Assembly: GCA_963760795.1 (NCBI GenBank)
Contig: CAVXEP010000007.1
Coordinates: forward strand, 1-64,000
Origin: an uncultured delta proteobacterium
GTDB taxonomy: Bacteria > Desulfobacterota > Binatia > UBA9968
Direction: 5' to 3'
DNA length: 64,000 nucleotides
The notes beneath the pieces were generated by a model. That model did no database searches and had not been told where the DNA came from. It saw only the letters and a list, made by a program, of their open reading frames with translations. Shown here piece after piece: positions 11,691-22,698 of the stretch; the stretch's first letter is position 1; each line of letters opens with the position of its first letter. A program made the translations under genes and the position numbers.

Positions 11691-11957
11691 AAGCGAGGGG
11701 CCCGTGTTCGATTTTGAAAATTGCCACTTTGTGTTTTTCAAGTGCGAGTTCAGGATTCTCAAAGGTTGCCCCGCGAAAGCAAGCTCCGTTAGCAACGTTG
11801 CCGAAACTTTGCGCCTTAGCGCCTTGGCGGGAATACTCCGATTCCGAAAGATATTATCTCGCGTATAGCTCGCCAAGGACGCCAAGGTAAGAACTAACAA
11901 CAAAAGGGGCACGGTTTCCGTGCCCCTTTTTAGTTTCAACTTCGCGACTTCGGTCTA

Positions 11958-13070
11958 TTAGTGATGCGCCGCCTGTTCGTCCAGCGACAGATTGACGTAG
12001 TGATGCGACTTCGACACCGCGCCGATGCCTTTGATGATCGTCTGCCAGTGCTCGCCTTCGTCGTCGCTGTAGAAAACATCGCCGTCGGTGGTGCCGGCGA
12101 AGATGGCGTAGCCGCCGTTCCACGCATCCATCGCCATGCCTTCGATGTTGGCGCGGATATGATCGGGCAAGCCGCCGGCCAGCATGTCCCAAGTCTTGCC
12201 GCCGTCGCGGCTGCGCGCGATGCGCGCATCGGCGGTGTGGAGCTTGCGCCAGGTGCCGGGGCCGGTCTTGGCGCCGGCGACAAATAAAAGATTTGGATCT
12301 TTGGGATGGACGAAGAACGGATCGACATAGCCGATGCGGAAGTCACGTGGCGTCATGCTCGTCCAGCTCGCGCCGCCGTCGCTGCTGACGCAGAAACCGG
12401 CGGCTGTTTCCGGCCCGCAGTTGGTCGTCGGCGCGGTGCCGTAGAGCTTGCTCGGATCGTTGGCCGGCACCAACACACGATGGGCGTCGGGGTTGATATT
12501 ATCGACGGTGGTCCAGGTCTGGCCGCCGTCGGTGCTGCGTAAAAAGCCGCCGACTTCGACGGCGACGTAAATGATGTTCGGATCTTTCGGATGGAACGTG
12601 ATGCTCTTGACGTGGGCCAGATGCGGCTCGCCGGGGAAAGTCCATTTCTCGACACCCGGTACTTGACGCAGCCGCGGCAGCTCGGTCCAGCTCTTGCCGA
12701 GATCGTCGCTGAAATATAAATGCGCCGGCTGGGTGCCCGCATAAATGCGCGGTTTGCCGTTAACCAATTGACTGGCGAGGGAATAGATTTCCTTCTCGCC
12801 GATGCCGTTGTCGCGCCGCTCCCAGCTCTTGCCGAGATCGCTGCTGGCATAAATCTCACAGCTGTAGGTGCCGCCGAACAGCGTCTTGCTGGTCGGTTCG
12901 AAAATCATCGAACTGAAATGCTTGCCCGGCACCATGGTCGCTTGCTGCGCCCAGGCGCCGCCATTTTTTTGGAAAGAAAAAATCCCATCCACCGTGCCGA
13001 CGAGCAACTTATCCGTCTGCGTCTCACCGTTGGTGATCAACTGGCCTCCAGGCGATAGACATACAAACAT
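11958..13070 (-). CDS. BNR/Asp-box repeat beta-propeller protein (WD40/YVTN/sialidase-like)
   Basis: Multiple SxDxGxxW Asp-boxes (SSDLGKSW, SDDLGKSW, STDGGQTW, SSDGGASW, SRDGGKTW, SDDEGEHW). Confidence 0.85.
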   Translation of the reverse strand: MFVCLSPGGQLITNGETQTDKLLVGTVDGIFSFQKNGGAWAQQATMVPGKHFSSMIFEPTSKTLFGGTYSCEIYASSDLGKSWERRDNGIGEKEIYSLASQLVNGKPRIYAGTQPAHLYFSDDLGKSWTELPRLRQVPGVEKWTFPGEPHLAHVKSITFHPKDPNIIYVAVEVGGFLRSTDGGQTWTTVDNINPDAHRVLVPANDPSKLYGTAPTTNCGPETAAGFCVSSDGGASWTSMTPRDFRIGYVDPFFVHPKDPNLLFVAGAKTGPGTWRKLHTADARIARSRDGGKTWDMLAGGLPDHIRANIEGMAMDAWNGGYAIFAGTTDGDVFYSDDEGEHWQTIIKGIGAVSKSHHYVNLSLDEQAAHH

Positions 13071-13860
13071 GATTGGTCTCCTCCCTTGGGTTAAGAAATT
13101 TTAGGTCAAAACGGAAATCCGGGAACCTTCCAGATAGTGGCTGACTCTACTGAACCTCCGGCTATCACGTCAAGCTGAATAAAACCACAGCAGGGCATCA
13201 GGTCGGCAAGATCCCTCATGGAGTCAATTCAAAGCGCAGGCGAATGTTTCGGGATGACATCGTCCAATTCGGGCACTGTCGCACCAACGACCTGCTCTGG
13301 TCGCGTTGCCGGCTGAGGCCGCTCATCGACTGCCTCTTACTTGGAACAAAATATCAATGGCGCAGTCTAATTACCTATAGTAGCGAAAATGGCGACATTC
13401 ATAAATAAAACTGGCTTCTACTTGGCGTTAAACCAAGTGGCTGGAATTTAAATTAAGATTAAATACAAGGACTTCTACCGGGACATGTTCAATCAACAGG
13501 TCAAGAAAGCCGACATGCGCGCGGTGTTTACCGAGAACGCTCGGAACATGAATTCGTATGGCCCTTGCGCCGCAGATCCGCTTTCTCATGAAGAGCTTCC
13601 TAGCCTGGGCGTCTTCTGGTTCAGTGAAACGCCTCCTGATTTCATCCCGGGGCGCGGGCACCGTCCCATTGTGCCTCCTTTGGGCGGCGCCCGCGATGTT
13701 TTCGTTGCGCGAATGCATGGCGCAACGACCCTGGCCATCTGACATCCGCCAACAATGACCCTTCGTGCCGCTGACGCCGGCGACGACGCTAAGGGTTGGC
13801 AAAATCTTTGGACGAGTTAACCGCGGCGGCGTGAGATAGGCTCACGTTCGTTGCCTCCCA

Positions 13861-13899
13861 CACAACGCCCAGGCCGCAAGGCTTGGGCGTTGTGCGTTT
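13861..13899 (+). terminator. Hairpin, possible intrinsic terminator
   Basis: CACAACGCCCAGGC-cgcaag-GCTTGGGCGTTGTG followed by cgttt. Confidence 0.5.
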
Positions 13900-14213
13900 A
13901 AGGGCCAGAACATCACCACGAAGGCACGAAAAATCCCAGCGCGGCGCAGCCTCAACCGAAATTCGGATAATCTGCCGCAAAGACGCAAGGTCGCAGAATC
14001 CGGACAAGGACGGTTAGAACCTTCTGCCAAGATAATTTAGCTCTTCCTTCCGAAATTGGCGTCATTGCGCCTTTGCGAGAGATACTTCCGAATCCGAGTG
14101 CATACAGCTTCCACGATCACTTACACCCGCCGCCTCACGCCTTATCCATGGCCCCGTTCCTTGACGGCGACGCTCGGTCCAAAGTAGATTGCAGCGCAAG
14201 CAAGGGAGAGGAT

Positions 14214-15185
14214 ATGGACCCATTGACCTCGTCAGCGCACTGCACAACGGAACTTGACTTCCACGCCTCGGGCTTTCTCGTTCGCACTCAGGGTAACTGG
14301 ACCGACGGCGCGTTGGCGCAGTTTCGCCATTTCCTCAAACTGCGCCATCTCGAATCGACAACAGACGAATTAGTCCAGGTTCTAGAGCTAGCAAAGCAAA
14401 AATATAGTCTGGGAAACCAGCGTCTCTACGTATGCGCGGCGCAGCCTTGCTGCAAACAGGCTGGCTACGATGTTTCTGACCGAGAACTATCCCGGCTGAG
14501 CAACCAGATCGGCGCAACCATCGTCAAAACCGGCTGCCAAGGACCATGCAAACAAGCGCCGGTGCTGGCGCTGCGGATCGGCGACAAACAAGAAGTATTC
14601 GCCGAAGTGGCGAGCGATGAAGATTGGCGCGCGGTGCTCAAGTTCGCCAAAGCCGCGGTGCACGCCAAGTCCCTGCTCGTCGACACCGGCGCGGCGGAAC
14701 AATTCCGCTTCGATCCGGTGCATGACCACGGCAAACCGAGCGCCCATATGAAGCCCTTGGAATTCCTCCTCGGCCACTTCCGCGGCGAAGGGAGATACGC
14801 CATGGCCGACTACGCCTTTCAGAAGGAAGTCATCGGTAGCTTTGAAGCCGGCGGCCGCTTCATCGCGCTGCGCATGGATGCTTCCTATCCGCTTGCCGAC
14901 GGCCGCAAGGACGTGCACAAGGCGTTCGTCATCGTCGGTTCCGAGCCGACCGGCCAAATCAGCGCCCACGCCTACACCGACGGCGGCGCGATGCGCGAGT
15001 ATGCCATCGAACGCCATAACGATAATCTTGAATTTGCCGACGTGGCCCCCGGCCATGCCAGTCAATGGAAGCGCGCGCGCAAAATACTTCGACCCACGGC
15101 GGACGGTTTTGAAGAACGGCTCGAGGTCGATCCGGGCGACGGTTTCGTCCCCTACTACGTCATTCCGATGCAAAGAGTGGATTGA
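14214..15185 (+). CDS. Fusion of a thioredoxin-like [2Fe-2S] ferredoxin domain and a nitrobindin/FABP-like beta-barrel
   Basis: RBS GGGAGAGGA before ATG 14214. Cys motif C-x4-C-x28-C-x3-C (CAAQPC...TGCQGPCKQAP). C-terminal domain begins HMKPLEFLLGHFRGEG. Confidence 0.6.
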   Translation: MDPLTSSAHCTTELDFHASGFLVRTQGNWTDGALAQFRHFLKLRHLESTTDELVQVLELAKQKYSLGNQRLYVCAAQPCCKQAGYDVSDRELSRLSNQIGATIVKTGCQGPCKQAPVLALRIGDKQEVFAEVASDEDWRAVLKFAKAAVHAKSLLVDTGAAEQFRFDPVHDHGKPSAHMKPLEFLLGHFRGEGRYAMADYAFQKEVIGSFEAGGRFIALRMDASYPLADGRKDVHKAFVIVGSEPTGQISAHAYTDGGAMREYAIERHNDNLEFADVAPGHASQWKRARKILRPTADGFEERLEVDPGDGFVPYYVIPMQRVD

Positions 15186-15232
15186 GGTTGACTGCAAATT
15201 TTGCAGCCTTGTAACGATGAGGAGTGAGTTCC

Positions 15233-16220
15233 ATGTTTAGAACCCCTACGATGATCCTCGCGCAATTGGCCATTGCGCTGCTTACATTGATTCCTAATTT
15301 AACCCACGCCCAGGTTAAGCATCGGATCTCCATCGCCACCGGCGGCACCGGCGGCGTCTATTATCCGCTCGGCGGCGGCATGGCCGCTCTGATTTCGAAA
15401 AATATTCCCAATACTGAAGCGACCGCGGAGGTCACCACCGCATCGGTGGATAATGTCAAACTGCTGCACGGCAACCGCGTCGGCTTGGCATTCTCGCTGC
15501 CTGACACCGCCTTGGACGGCTTCAGCGGCGTCATCAAGGGATTCCCGGAAAAGGCGAATATTCGCGCCTTGATGGCGCTCTATTCAAACTTCATGCATAT
15601 CGTCGCCGCTGACGGCAGCGGCATCAAGTCGGTCGCCGATCTCAAGGGCAAGCGCGTGTCCACCGGCGCGCCCGGCTCCGGTGTCGAGGTCAAAGGGCTG
15701 CGCGTGCTCGAGGCCTACGGCCTCACGCCGAAAGACTTGAAGAGCCAAGAACGGCTCGGCGCCGCGTGAGTCCGCCGGCGCTCTCAAAGACCGCAAGATC
15801 GACGCATTCTTTTGGGACGGCGGCCTGCCCACCGGCGCGGTGCTCGACTTAGCCGCGACCCCGGGAATCAAAATCCACATGATTCCCCATGGCGACGCGA
15901 TTCCTAAAATGGTCGCGAAGTACGGCCCGCTCTACTTCACCGCCAATATTCCCAAGGGCATGTACAAAGGCATCGACGAAGATACCCCGGTGGCGGCGGC
16001 GACCAATCTGTTGATCGCCAATGAAAAACTCGACGAAAATCTCGCCTACCAGATCACCAAGCTGCTGCTCGAACACACCGCCGATCTGGTCGCCGTGCAT
16101 AAAGCAGCAACAGAAATGAGCTTGAAAAATGCCGTGGTCGGTTCGCCGATTCCGTTTCATCCCGGCGCGCTGCGCTACTACAAAGAAAAAGGCATCAAGG
16201 TGCCGACACCAAGCAAATGA
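15233..16220 (+). CDS. TAXI family TRAP transporter solute-binding subunit (frameshift ~15765)
   Basis: Signal peptide, IATGGTGGVYYPLGG, ASVDN, LKGKRVSTGAPGSG, PIPFHPGALRYYKE. Confidence 0.92.
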
Positions 16221-16993
16221 TTGCACCGGCGACGTTCAGGCGGAGCAGTTCAGCATGCTGCATCGCGGTCTGCGCCTTGCTCGCGGTGATTTATCCGGCG
16301 AGCAACAGCCAGGCGCAAAATATTCCCCAGCAGATCGTCACGTGGGAGTCCTATCTCCCCCCTTTGGAAAAGGCGGGTACGGGGGGATTTTCGACACCAA
16401 TCTTGTCAGCCATCGTCCAAGGCAGATCCCCCTCGGTCCCGCTTTTTCAAACGGGGATGCAGACACAGCCGCAATTCTCAGACTCGCTTCGAAGCCTGGA
16501 CATGGACAAGACTCAATCGATGTGCGTTGAGCTATTGAGCGACACGGGCGCACAACGTAGCGTACCCATAGATCTCGGCGGCGCCATGCGCCTCAGTTTC
16601 CGCCACTCGATCTATGGCAGCCAAGTCGAAGAATTGTTTGCGCTGCGGCGCGACGGTTTTCAATTGACCCAACTGCGCTACAGTGAAGCGCGCTTGGTGG
16701 ATTTCTACGGCTATGAGAATGCCGACCTTGAAAACGGCGCGTGGGTAGTCAACCCGCCGCCGGTGCTGCTGCCTTCACTCAGCCTAAACACCAGCGCCGA
16801 CGCTGCCATGTCTCTTCATTTCGATCGTCATGACGATTCCAAACCGCTCGCGATCCGACCGACCGGCGCGCTGCGACTTGACTGTCACATCTTGCAAAAG
16901 CAGCCCCCATGGCTGAAGGCTCCATCGACCCATCTCACATCGAGGCGGCGCAGCGATTCATCCAGGAAGAGGCAGGACCGCGGCGCCGTTTGA
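16217..16993 (+). CDS. DUF1850-like protein of the TAXI operon (3' end probably frameshifted)
   Basis: Lies between the TAXI binding protein and the permease; LSFRHSIYGSQVEE motif; N-terminal signal peptide; ATGA overlap with the upstream stop. Confidence 0.65.
   Translation: MIAPATFRRSSSACCIAVCALLAVIYPASNSQAQNIPQQIVTWESYLPPLEKAGTGGFSTPILSAIVQGRSPSVPLFQTGMQTQPQFSDSLRSLDMDKTQSMCVELLSDTGAQRSVPIDLGGAMRLSFRHSIYGSQVEELFALRRDGFQLTQLRYSEARLVDFYGYENADLENGAWVVNPPPVLLPSLSLNTSADAAMSLHFDRHDDSKPLAIRPTGALRLDCHILQKQPPWLKAPSTHLTSRRRSDSSRKRQDRGAV
16356..16457. repeat. Family D palindrome (CCCCCTTT..AAAGG) lying inside a coding frame
   Basis: TCCCCCCTTTGGAAAAGGCGGGTACGGGGGGATTT ... AGATCCCCCTCGGTCCCGCTTTTTCAAACGGGGA; homologous to intergenic copies at 38504 and 58874. 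Confidence 0.75.
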
Positions 16994-18854
16994 CCGGCGC
17001 CATCGGCAAAATCACGTCGGCGCTCGCCGTCGGCATGTCGCTGATGTTTCTCTACTGGGCGTGGGCGAGCGTCACCGCGCAAGTGTTGCGGCTGGTTTTC
17101 CTCGGCCTCGCGCTGACGCTTACTTTCCTGATCTATCCGACCCATCGCAGCGCCAATAGAACCCGATTCCCTGGCATGACTGGCTCCTGGCGCTCGCCAG
17201 CATCGCCGTGGTCGCCTACCCGCTGTGGGATTTCGAAGAGTTTATTTACCGCGCCGCAATGCCGACCCAGCTGGATCAGATTTTTGGCGCCCTGACCATG
17301 CTCTTGGTTTTGGAAGCGACCCGGCGCACCACCGGTTGGGTACTGCCTGTGGTCGCCATCGGTTTTCTCGCCTACGCCAGCTTCGGCGCCTATTTGCCGC
17401 CGCCCTGGACCCATCAAGGTTACCAGCTTGACCGCCTGGTCGGTCATATGTACATCACCCTCGAAGGCATCTTCGGCGTGCCCCTCGACGTCGCCGCGAC
17501 GTTTATCATCTTGTTTACGATCTATGGCGCGGTGTTGGAATTTTCCAAAGCCGGCGAGTTCTACGTCAATTTTTCCTTAGCGGCCACCGGCGGCAAACCC
17601 GCCGCCGCCGGGCGCACCGTCACGCTCGCATCGTTCTTACTCGGCGGCCCTTCCGGTTCCGGCGTCGCGACCACCGTGACACTGGGTTCCGTCGCCTGGC
17701 CGCTGCTCGCCAAAGCCGGCTACGACAAGGACTCGGCCGGCGGCCTACTGTCCGCCGGCGGCATCGGCGCGATCATCTCGCCGCCGGTGTTGGGCGCCGC
17801 GGCGTTTCTCATCGCCGAGTTTCTCAAGATTTCATACCTGGAAGTGCTCGCCATGGCGGCGATCCCGACGCTGCTTTATTACTGGTCGATCTTCACCATG
17901 GTCGAACTCGACGCCAGAAAGTTCGGCGCCATACCGATCGCAGTCGAGGGCGATAGCATGTGGAGTCTGACGCGCAAGTACGGCTTTCACTTCGTGTCGT
18001 TGGTCGCCATCGTCGGCTTCATGATGTGGGGCTACACCGCGATTCTTTCCGTCGCCTATGCCATCGTCCTCGGCATCGCGCTGAGCTACATTCGGCGCGA
18101 CACCGCGCTCACGCCGGAGAAAATCTGGCGGCTGTTCGAAAAGGGCACCGTCGATGTCTTGTCGGTGGCCTCCACTTGCGCGACCGCCGGCATCATCGTC
18201 GGCGTCGTCACGCTTACCGGCCTCGGGCTAAAGTTTTCCCTGATCATCCTCACCCTCGCCGGCAACAGTCTGTTTCTCACCGTCCTCTACACCGCGTTGG
18301 CTCTGTGGGTGCTCGGCCTCGCCGTGCCGGTGACGGCGTCGTATATCATCGCCGCCGTGATTACCGCGCCGGCGATGATCAAGTTGGGCATTCCCGAGTA
18401 CGCCGCGCATATGTTTATTTTTTACTACGCCGTGCTCTCGGAGGTCTCGCCGCCCACCGCGTTGTCGCCCTTTGCCGCCGCCGCGATCACCGGCGGCAGC
18501 CCGTACAAGACGACGATGATGGCGTGGAAATACACCGCGCCGGCGTTCCTCGTGCCGTTCATGTTCACGCTACATCCCGATGGCATCGGCTTACTGTTGA
18601 AGGGCGAATGGAGCAATATCTTGTGGACCACCGCCACCGCGGCGGTCGGCCTCGGCGCCCTCGCCGCCGGCCTGACCGGCTGGTTGATCGTCAAAACCAC
18701 AATAGCCGAACGGGCCATCCTGATCGCCGCCGGCCTGGTGCTGGTCTATCCGAGCCTCATACAAGATGTAATCGGCATCGGCCTATTTGGCTTGGCTGGG
18801 CTTTTACAGTACCGGCGGCGCAGAGCCCCGGCAGTTCGAGAAGCTATGAAATAG
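16909..18854 (+). CDS. TRAP transporter fused permease (4TM/12TM, TAXI type; frameshift ~17160)
   Basis: LEATRRTTG, EGIFGVP, SGSGVATTVTLG, PPVLGAAAFLIAE, AHMFIFYYAVLSEVSPP. Confidence 0.92.
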
Positions 18855-18858
18855 GTTT

Positions 18859-19350
18859 TTACGATCTTCGTCCGATCAGCAGACCGTGAACGAAGAGCTG
18901 CAAGCGCTCACGCTCCTTTTCGTCGCAGCGAAGAAACTCGACACCGGCGACTTGATCGTGCCAATCGCGCAGCACCGCGAGTTCGACGATCACCGGCGCG
19001 GCCTGGTCGGACACCTTGAGTTCCAGTCGCATGATCGCACGCTGGTTGAGCTTACTCGCCGTGGTGAATCTACAGCCGCCCATGGAAATATCGGTCACGC
19101 TGCCGGTGCCGTCAAACCGATCACCGCGAAACAGCACCGGGAAATTCATCGCCATCCGGTCATATTCGCGATGATCCGCGCGCAGCCGGAGGTAGCGCAC
19201 GCCCCACTTAAGAGAACGAAAGCGCAAGCCGCAGATCTGGCACTTGAAGGGATAAATGAAAAACCAGCCCGCCAGCCGATCCCGCAGTCCGGCTCTGACA
19301 ACGCGCCGGACAAACTCGCGGGAACAACTCGGACACTTCACTTGCGACAT
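18859..19350 (-). CDS. PilZ domain protein with an N-terminal zinc-ribbon-like CxxC pair
   Basis: CPSC...CQIC; RxxxR (REYDR) and DISMGG c-di-GMP motifs. Confidence 0.8.
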   Translation of the reverse strand: MSQVKCPSCSREFVRRVVRAGLRDRLAGWFFIYPFKCQICGLRFRSLKWGVRYLRLRADHREYDRMAMNFPVLFRGDRFDGTGSVTDISMGGCRFTTASKLNQRAIMRLELKVSDQAAPVIVELAVLRDWHDQVAGVEFLRCDEKERERLQLFVHGLLIGRRS

Positions 19351-19614
19351 GGGCGAACTCTCCACAGACTAGATGGCATCGTTTCTCCCACAGCTAACAC
19401 ATTGGCAGTTTCCCGCCATACATGACCGGCAAGTTCTTAATCGGCGCTTTCGCAACGATCTCAAATGGCGACCGGATAAAAACAATTTACCGCGATTAGC
19501 AGACTCGCCAAACGGCGCCACGCGGACAAAACTGACATCCGCAGGTAAATTGTCTCAAGGCCCGTCGCCCATGAGGCCGAGCAGTTTGGCGCGCACATGC
19601 CGCCACCTAGCGGG

Positions 19615-20643
19615 CTACTCAGATAGCAGTTTCTTCATGCGATCGGAAATCTCGCGCGGCTGGGAGACGATCTCTTTGGCCAGCGCTTCCAACTGTTCGC
19701 CATAGTCGGGGTCGATCTCTAACTTGCGCGCTTTGACGTCGGCCAAGAACCCTGGATCGGCCATGGTCTTGCGAAAGGCTTCGCGCAGGATCTTTAAACG
19801 TTCAGCGGGAATCGCCGGCGGCGTGATAAACGGCCGGCCGAGATCGCCGGAGGCCAGGATCGCCATCACCAGAGCCCGAGTCGAAGCCGGCGTCTTGTAC
19901 TCCGTCATCAACTCATGGATCGTCGGCACATCGGGCATCTTGGCATCGCGCTTGCGGCCGGTCTGCAACAGGATACGCACCATATTTTTCTTGCGCCAGG
20001 TGGTAAACGGCTCGCGCGCGAAAAAAGTCGGGATGCTCAGCGCCCGGCAGACCACCTCGCCGCGCTCGAAGGCCAAATCCTGCTCCGAGCCGCCCTGATA
20101 ACCCATGACGACGGTGAATTTTGCGCCCATCGCCTCCTCGAGCAGCTTGGGAATAAAATGGCCGCTGGTGCCGCTGCTGGTGGCCGAACACTTGGGCGCT
20201 TCCTTGGCCTTGCGCACATCGTCGATGGTTTTGAACGGCGTGTTCGTGCTCATGTAGAACAGCCACGGCGTATTCTCCGTCGAGCCGACCCAACCGAATT
20301 GCGCCCAATCGAATTGCACTTCTTTCTTGCCGATCACCTGATCGAGATACAGCGACGGCCCGATGGACGCCATCGTCAGACCGTCCGGCTTGGCGACGTT
20401 GTACATGTTGTTAGCCGCGATCATCGACCCGGCGCCGGGCATGTTGACGACCACGAAGTTAGGATTGCCGGGAATATGTTTGCCCATATGCGCCGCCAAG
20501 AGCCGCGCCCAGATATCATAGCCATCGCCCGCCAGGTAGCCGACGACGATGGTCACCGTCTTATTCTGGTAGAACGGCGCCTGGGCATTGGCACTGGCGA
20601 TTGAAACTAAAAGGAAAGCCAAACTGAGCAAAGCTTTTTTCAT
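19615..20643 (-). CDS. Bug/TctC family tripartite tricarboxylate transporter substrate-binding protein
   Basis: FYQNKTVTIVVGY..GDGYDIWARL, NMPGAG, KPDGLT, GYQGGSE. Confidence 0.9.
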   Translation of the reverse strand: MKKALLSLAFLLVSIASANAQAPFYQNKTVTIVVGYLAGDGYDIWARLLAAHMGKHIPGNPNFVVVNMPGAGSMIAANNMYNVAKPDGLTMASIGPSLYLDQVIGKKEVQFDWAQFGWVGSTENTPWLFYMSTNTPFKTIDDVRKAKEAPKCSATSSGTSGHFIPKLLEEAMGAKFTVVMGYQGGSEQDLAFERGEVVCRALSIPTFFAREPFTTWRKKNMVRILLQTGRKRDAKMPDVPTIHELMTEYKTPASTRALVMAILASGDLGRPFITPPAIPAERLKILREAFRKTMADPGFLADVKARKLEIDPDYGEQLEALAKEIVSQPREISDRMKKLLSE

Positions 20644-20673
20644 ATAATTCCTTTTACCATGAACGACCGACGC

Positions 20674-20871
20674 CTAGCGAATCACCCGATCCGCGCGACT
20701 TTCTCCGCCTGCCGCGCGTCGGCCAGAGAAACAGTTGCCAGACAGAAACTGATAGCCAACTACGAACTTGATGGTTTTGCCCTGGAAGAAATTGCTTTGG
20801 CCTGGCGACTCGGATGGCACCAAGCCGAGCAGCAATCCAGCTAGTGCGACGCCAATGACTATGCGGGTCAT
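20674..20871 (-). pseudogene. 5' remnant of a TctC-like gene
   Basis: Signal peptide plus NFFQGKTIKFVVGY, then similarity is lost and the ORF stops at 65 aa. Confidence 0.6.
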
Positions 20872-21030
20872 GGATTGTAAAACCGCTGGGGATTATCGGT
20901 GGCATTCGCTCGGCGCGGCTCGAAGCCGATACTGTCGCAGGATACAGAATACTCCTTAAGAATAAATGTGGGGGGCCGAGAGCGAAGCCATCTTAGATCG
21001 AATGAACCGGAGCGCCAACCGCTTAAGTGG

Positions 21031-21108
21031 ATTGGAGTGGTGGAGCGATGGAGTACTGGGGTCTCAGAACCCCACCACTCCAATACTCCATCGCTCCACT
21101 ACTGCAAT
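21031..21108. repeat. Family C palindrome (GGAGTA/TACTCC units)
   Basis: ATTGGAGTGGTGGAGCGATGGAGTACTGG...CCAATACTCCATCGCTCCACTACTGCAAT; second copy at 34639-34727. Confidence 0.8.
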
Positions 21109-21121
21109 TGCAGTTTGCTAC

Positions 21122-22563
21122 TTACTTCGCCGGCGCCGGCTTCTTGCCGATGGCGGTGAGCAAATCGCTGTAAGGCACGATGCGGCCATGAATCGGCACG
21201 ATGCGGTCGACGTCGATATTCAATCGGCGCACGTTTGCTTCGAGGGCGACGGTGAAAGGATTGGGCACTTTGGGTGGCTCGGCGCCCGCCGGTCCCGGCG
21301 AGAACGCATCGGCCTCGATGAGAATTTTTTCCTTGCGCAGGTAAGCCATGACGATGCCGTCATGATGATTGTTGTTGGTGATCTGATAGAGCTCCACCGA
21401 GCGCGCGCCGTCGGTCAGTACCATGTTGTCGCCCATGGTCTGAAACACCGGCTTCTTGCCCGAGCGCGCCAATCGGTCGGGGCTAAAGTTATGCGAGTTG
21501 AGCGCAGCACGTTCATAATACGGCCGGTTAACCTCGTGGGTGACAATAGTGACTCCTTCCGCCGCGAAGGCGCGCACACCGGAGGTGTGGTCGAAATGAT
21601 GGTGCGTATTGACCAAATACTTGATCGGCTTATTGGGTACGAGCTTTTTGACCTCCGCCATCACCGCCAGCGCGCGCTGCTCGCCATGGGGCGCTTCGAC
21701 GACGATCAAGTAATCCTTCATCTCGATCAGCACGCTGTGCGCCGAACCGCCGGTGATATACCAAACCCCGTCCGCGACTTTTTCGGATTTCGCCGGCCGT
21801 GGGGTCGCCGCGCATCACGCTCGGCACTTCAATGTCCACCGGTGGGTTGGCGCGCACCGCAGTGACCGTCAGATCCAAAGTGATCAAGCCGTCTTGGTAT
21901 TGAATGATCTTGCTGGGAAACTTGACGCCGGCAAAGTCGCGGTAGGCGCCAAAATAGGTCACGACTTTCATGTCGCCGGTAACCGGGTGGCCGTACCAGG
22001 AGTCGACCCGCTCGATGGCGCTCTGATCGTTGACGTAGGCGATAACTTTCTGTTTGCCCTTTTCGACAAATGAAACCACCGTCATCGGCCGGCCTTCGAT
22101 GGTCTGCTTGGTCACCGTGGCGTTGTTGGCGAAGGCGGCGCGCATAACGCCATGGGGCGACGTACCAGATTTGATGTTGGCGTTCGGCAGTTTCCCAGAC
22201 CCGGTGGACGATATCCTTGCCGACAACGTTCCAGGCGTACTCGCCGCTAACGACTTGAATGACCTGCTGCTCCGGCCCGATCGGCAACGTCTCTCCGGCC
22301 ATGCGCACGATCTCATCGCGCATCGCCGCGGCGGTGAAGTCGTAAACCCGCGTCATCGATTTCACGAACTGGCGCGGCCATGCCGCCGCCGGGCTGGTGT
22401 TCTGACCAAGGGAATACATCGTGCCATTGCCGGTGAACTGGAACGTCTTAGTGGTCGAGACATCCAGCGCGTCGGCGATCCGCTGGAGCTCAGTTTCCTG
22501 CGCCTGCGCTTGAAAACCCATGAGCGCGAACAATGCCAGCGCCGTTACGAGTTTGGTAAACAT
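21122..22563 (-). CDS. Secreted MBL-fold metallo-hydrolase (two frameshifts), paralog of the next gene
   Basis: Signal peptide; NTHHHFDHTSG; joined from ORFs 21829..22563, 21630..22316 and 21122..21733. Confidence 0.85.
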
Positions 22564-22698
22564 AGATAGCCTCCTGATTTTTAGGTGGAACCCTGGATCG
22601 ACAACTTAATATGCCAGCCACAGAAAAGTTACAAGACAAAAAAAGGCGCGAGACGCGGCCCATTGCCGCGCTCGCGCCTTTCCCCATTTACAGCGTGA

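Noticed and set aside
13799-13834. AKSLDELTAAA* resembling a tmRNA tag peptide
   Set aside because: No tRNA-like ends (GGGG...GAC, T-arm, CCA) are present, in either one-piece or permuted arrangement.
15767-15769. In-frame TGA in the TAXI gene as selenocysteine
   Set aside because: The protein continues in a different frame, so this is an indel rather than readthrough.
20880-21030. Possible riboswitch upstream of the TctC stub
   Set aside because: I could not recognise any known aptamer consensus on either strand.
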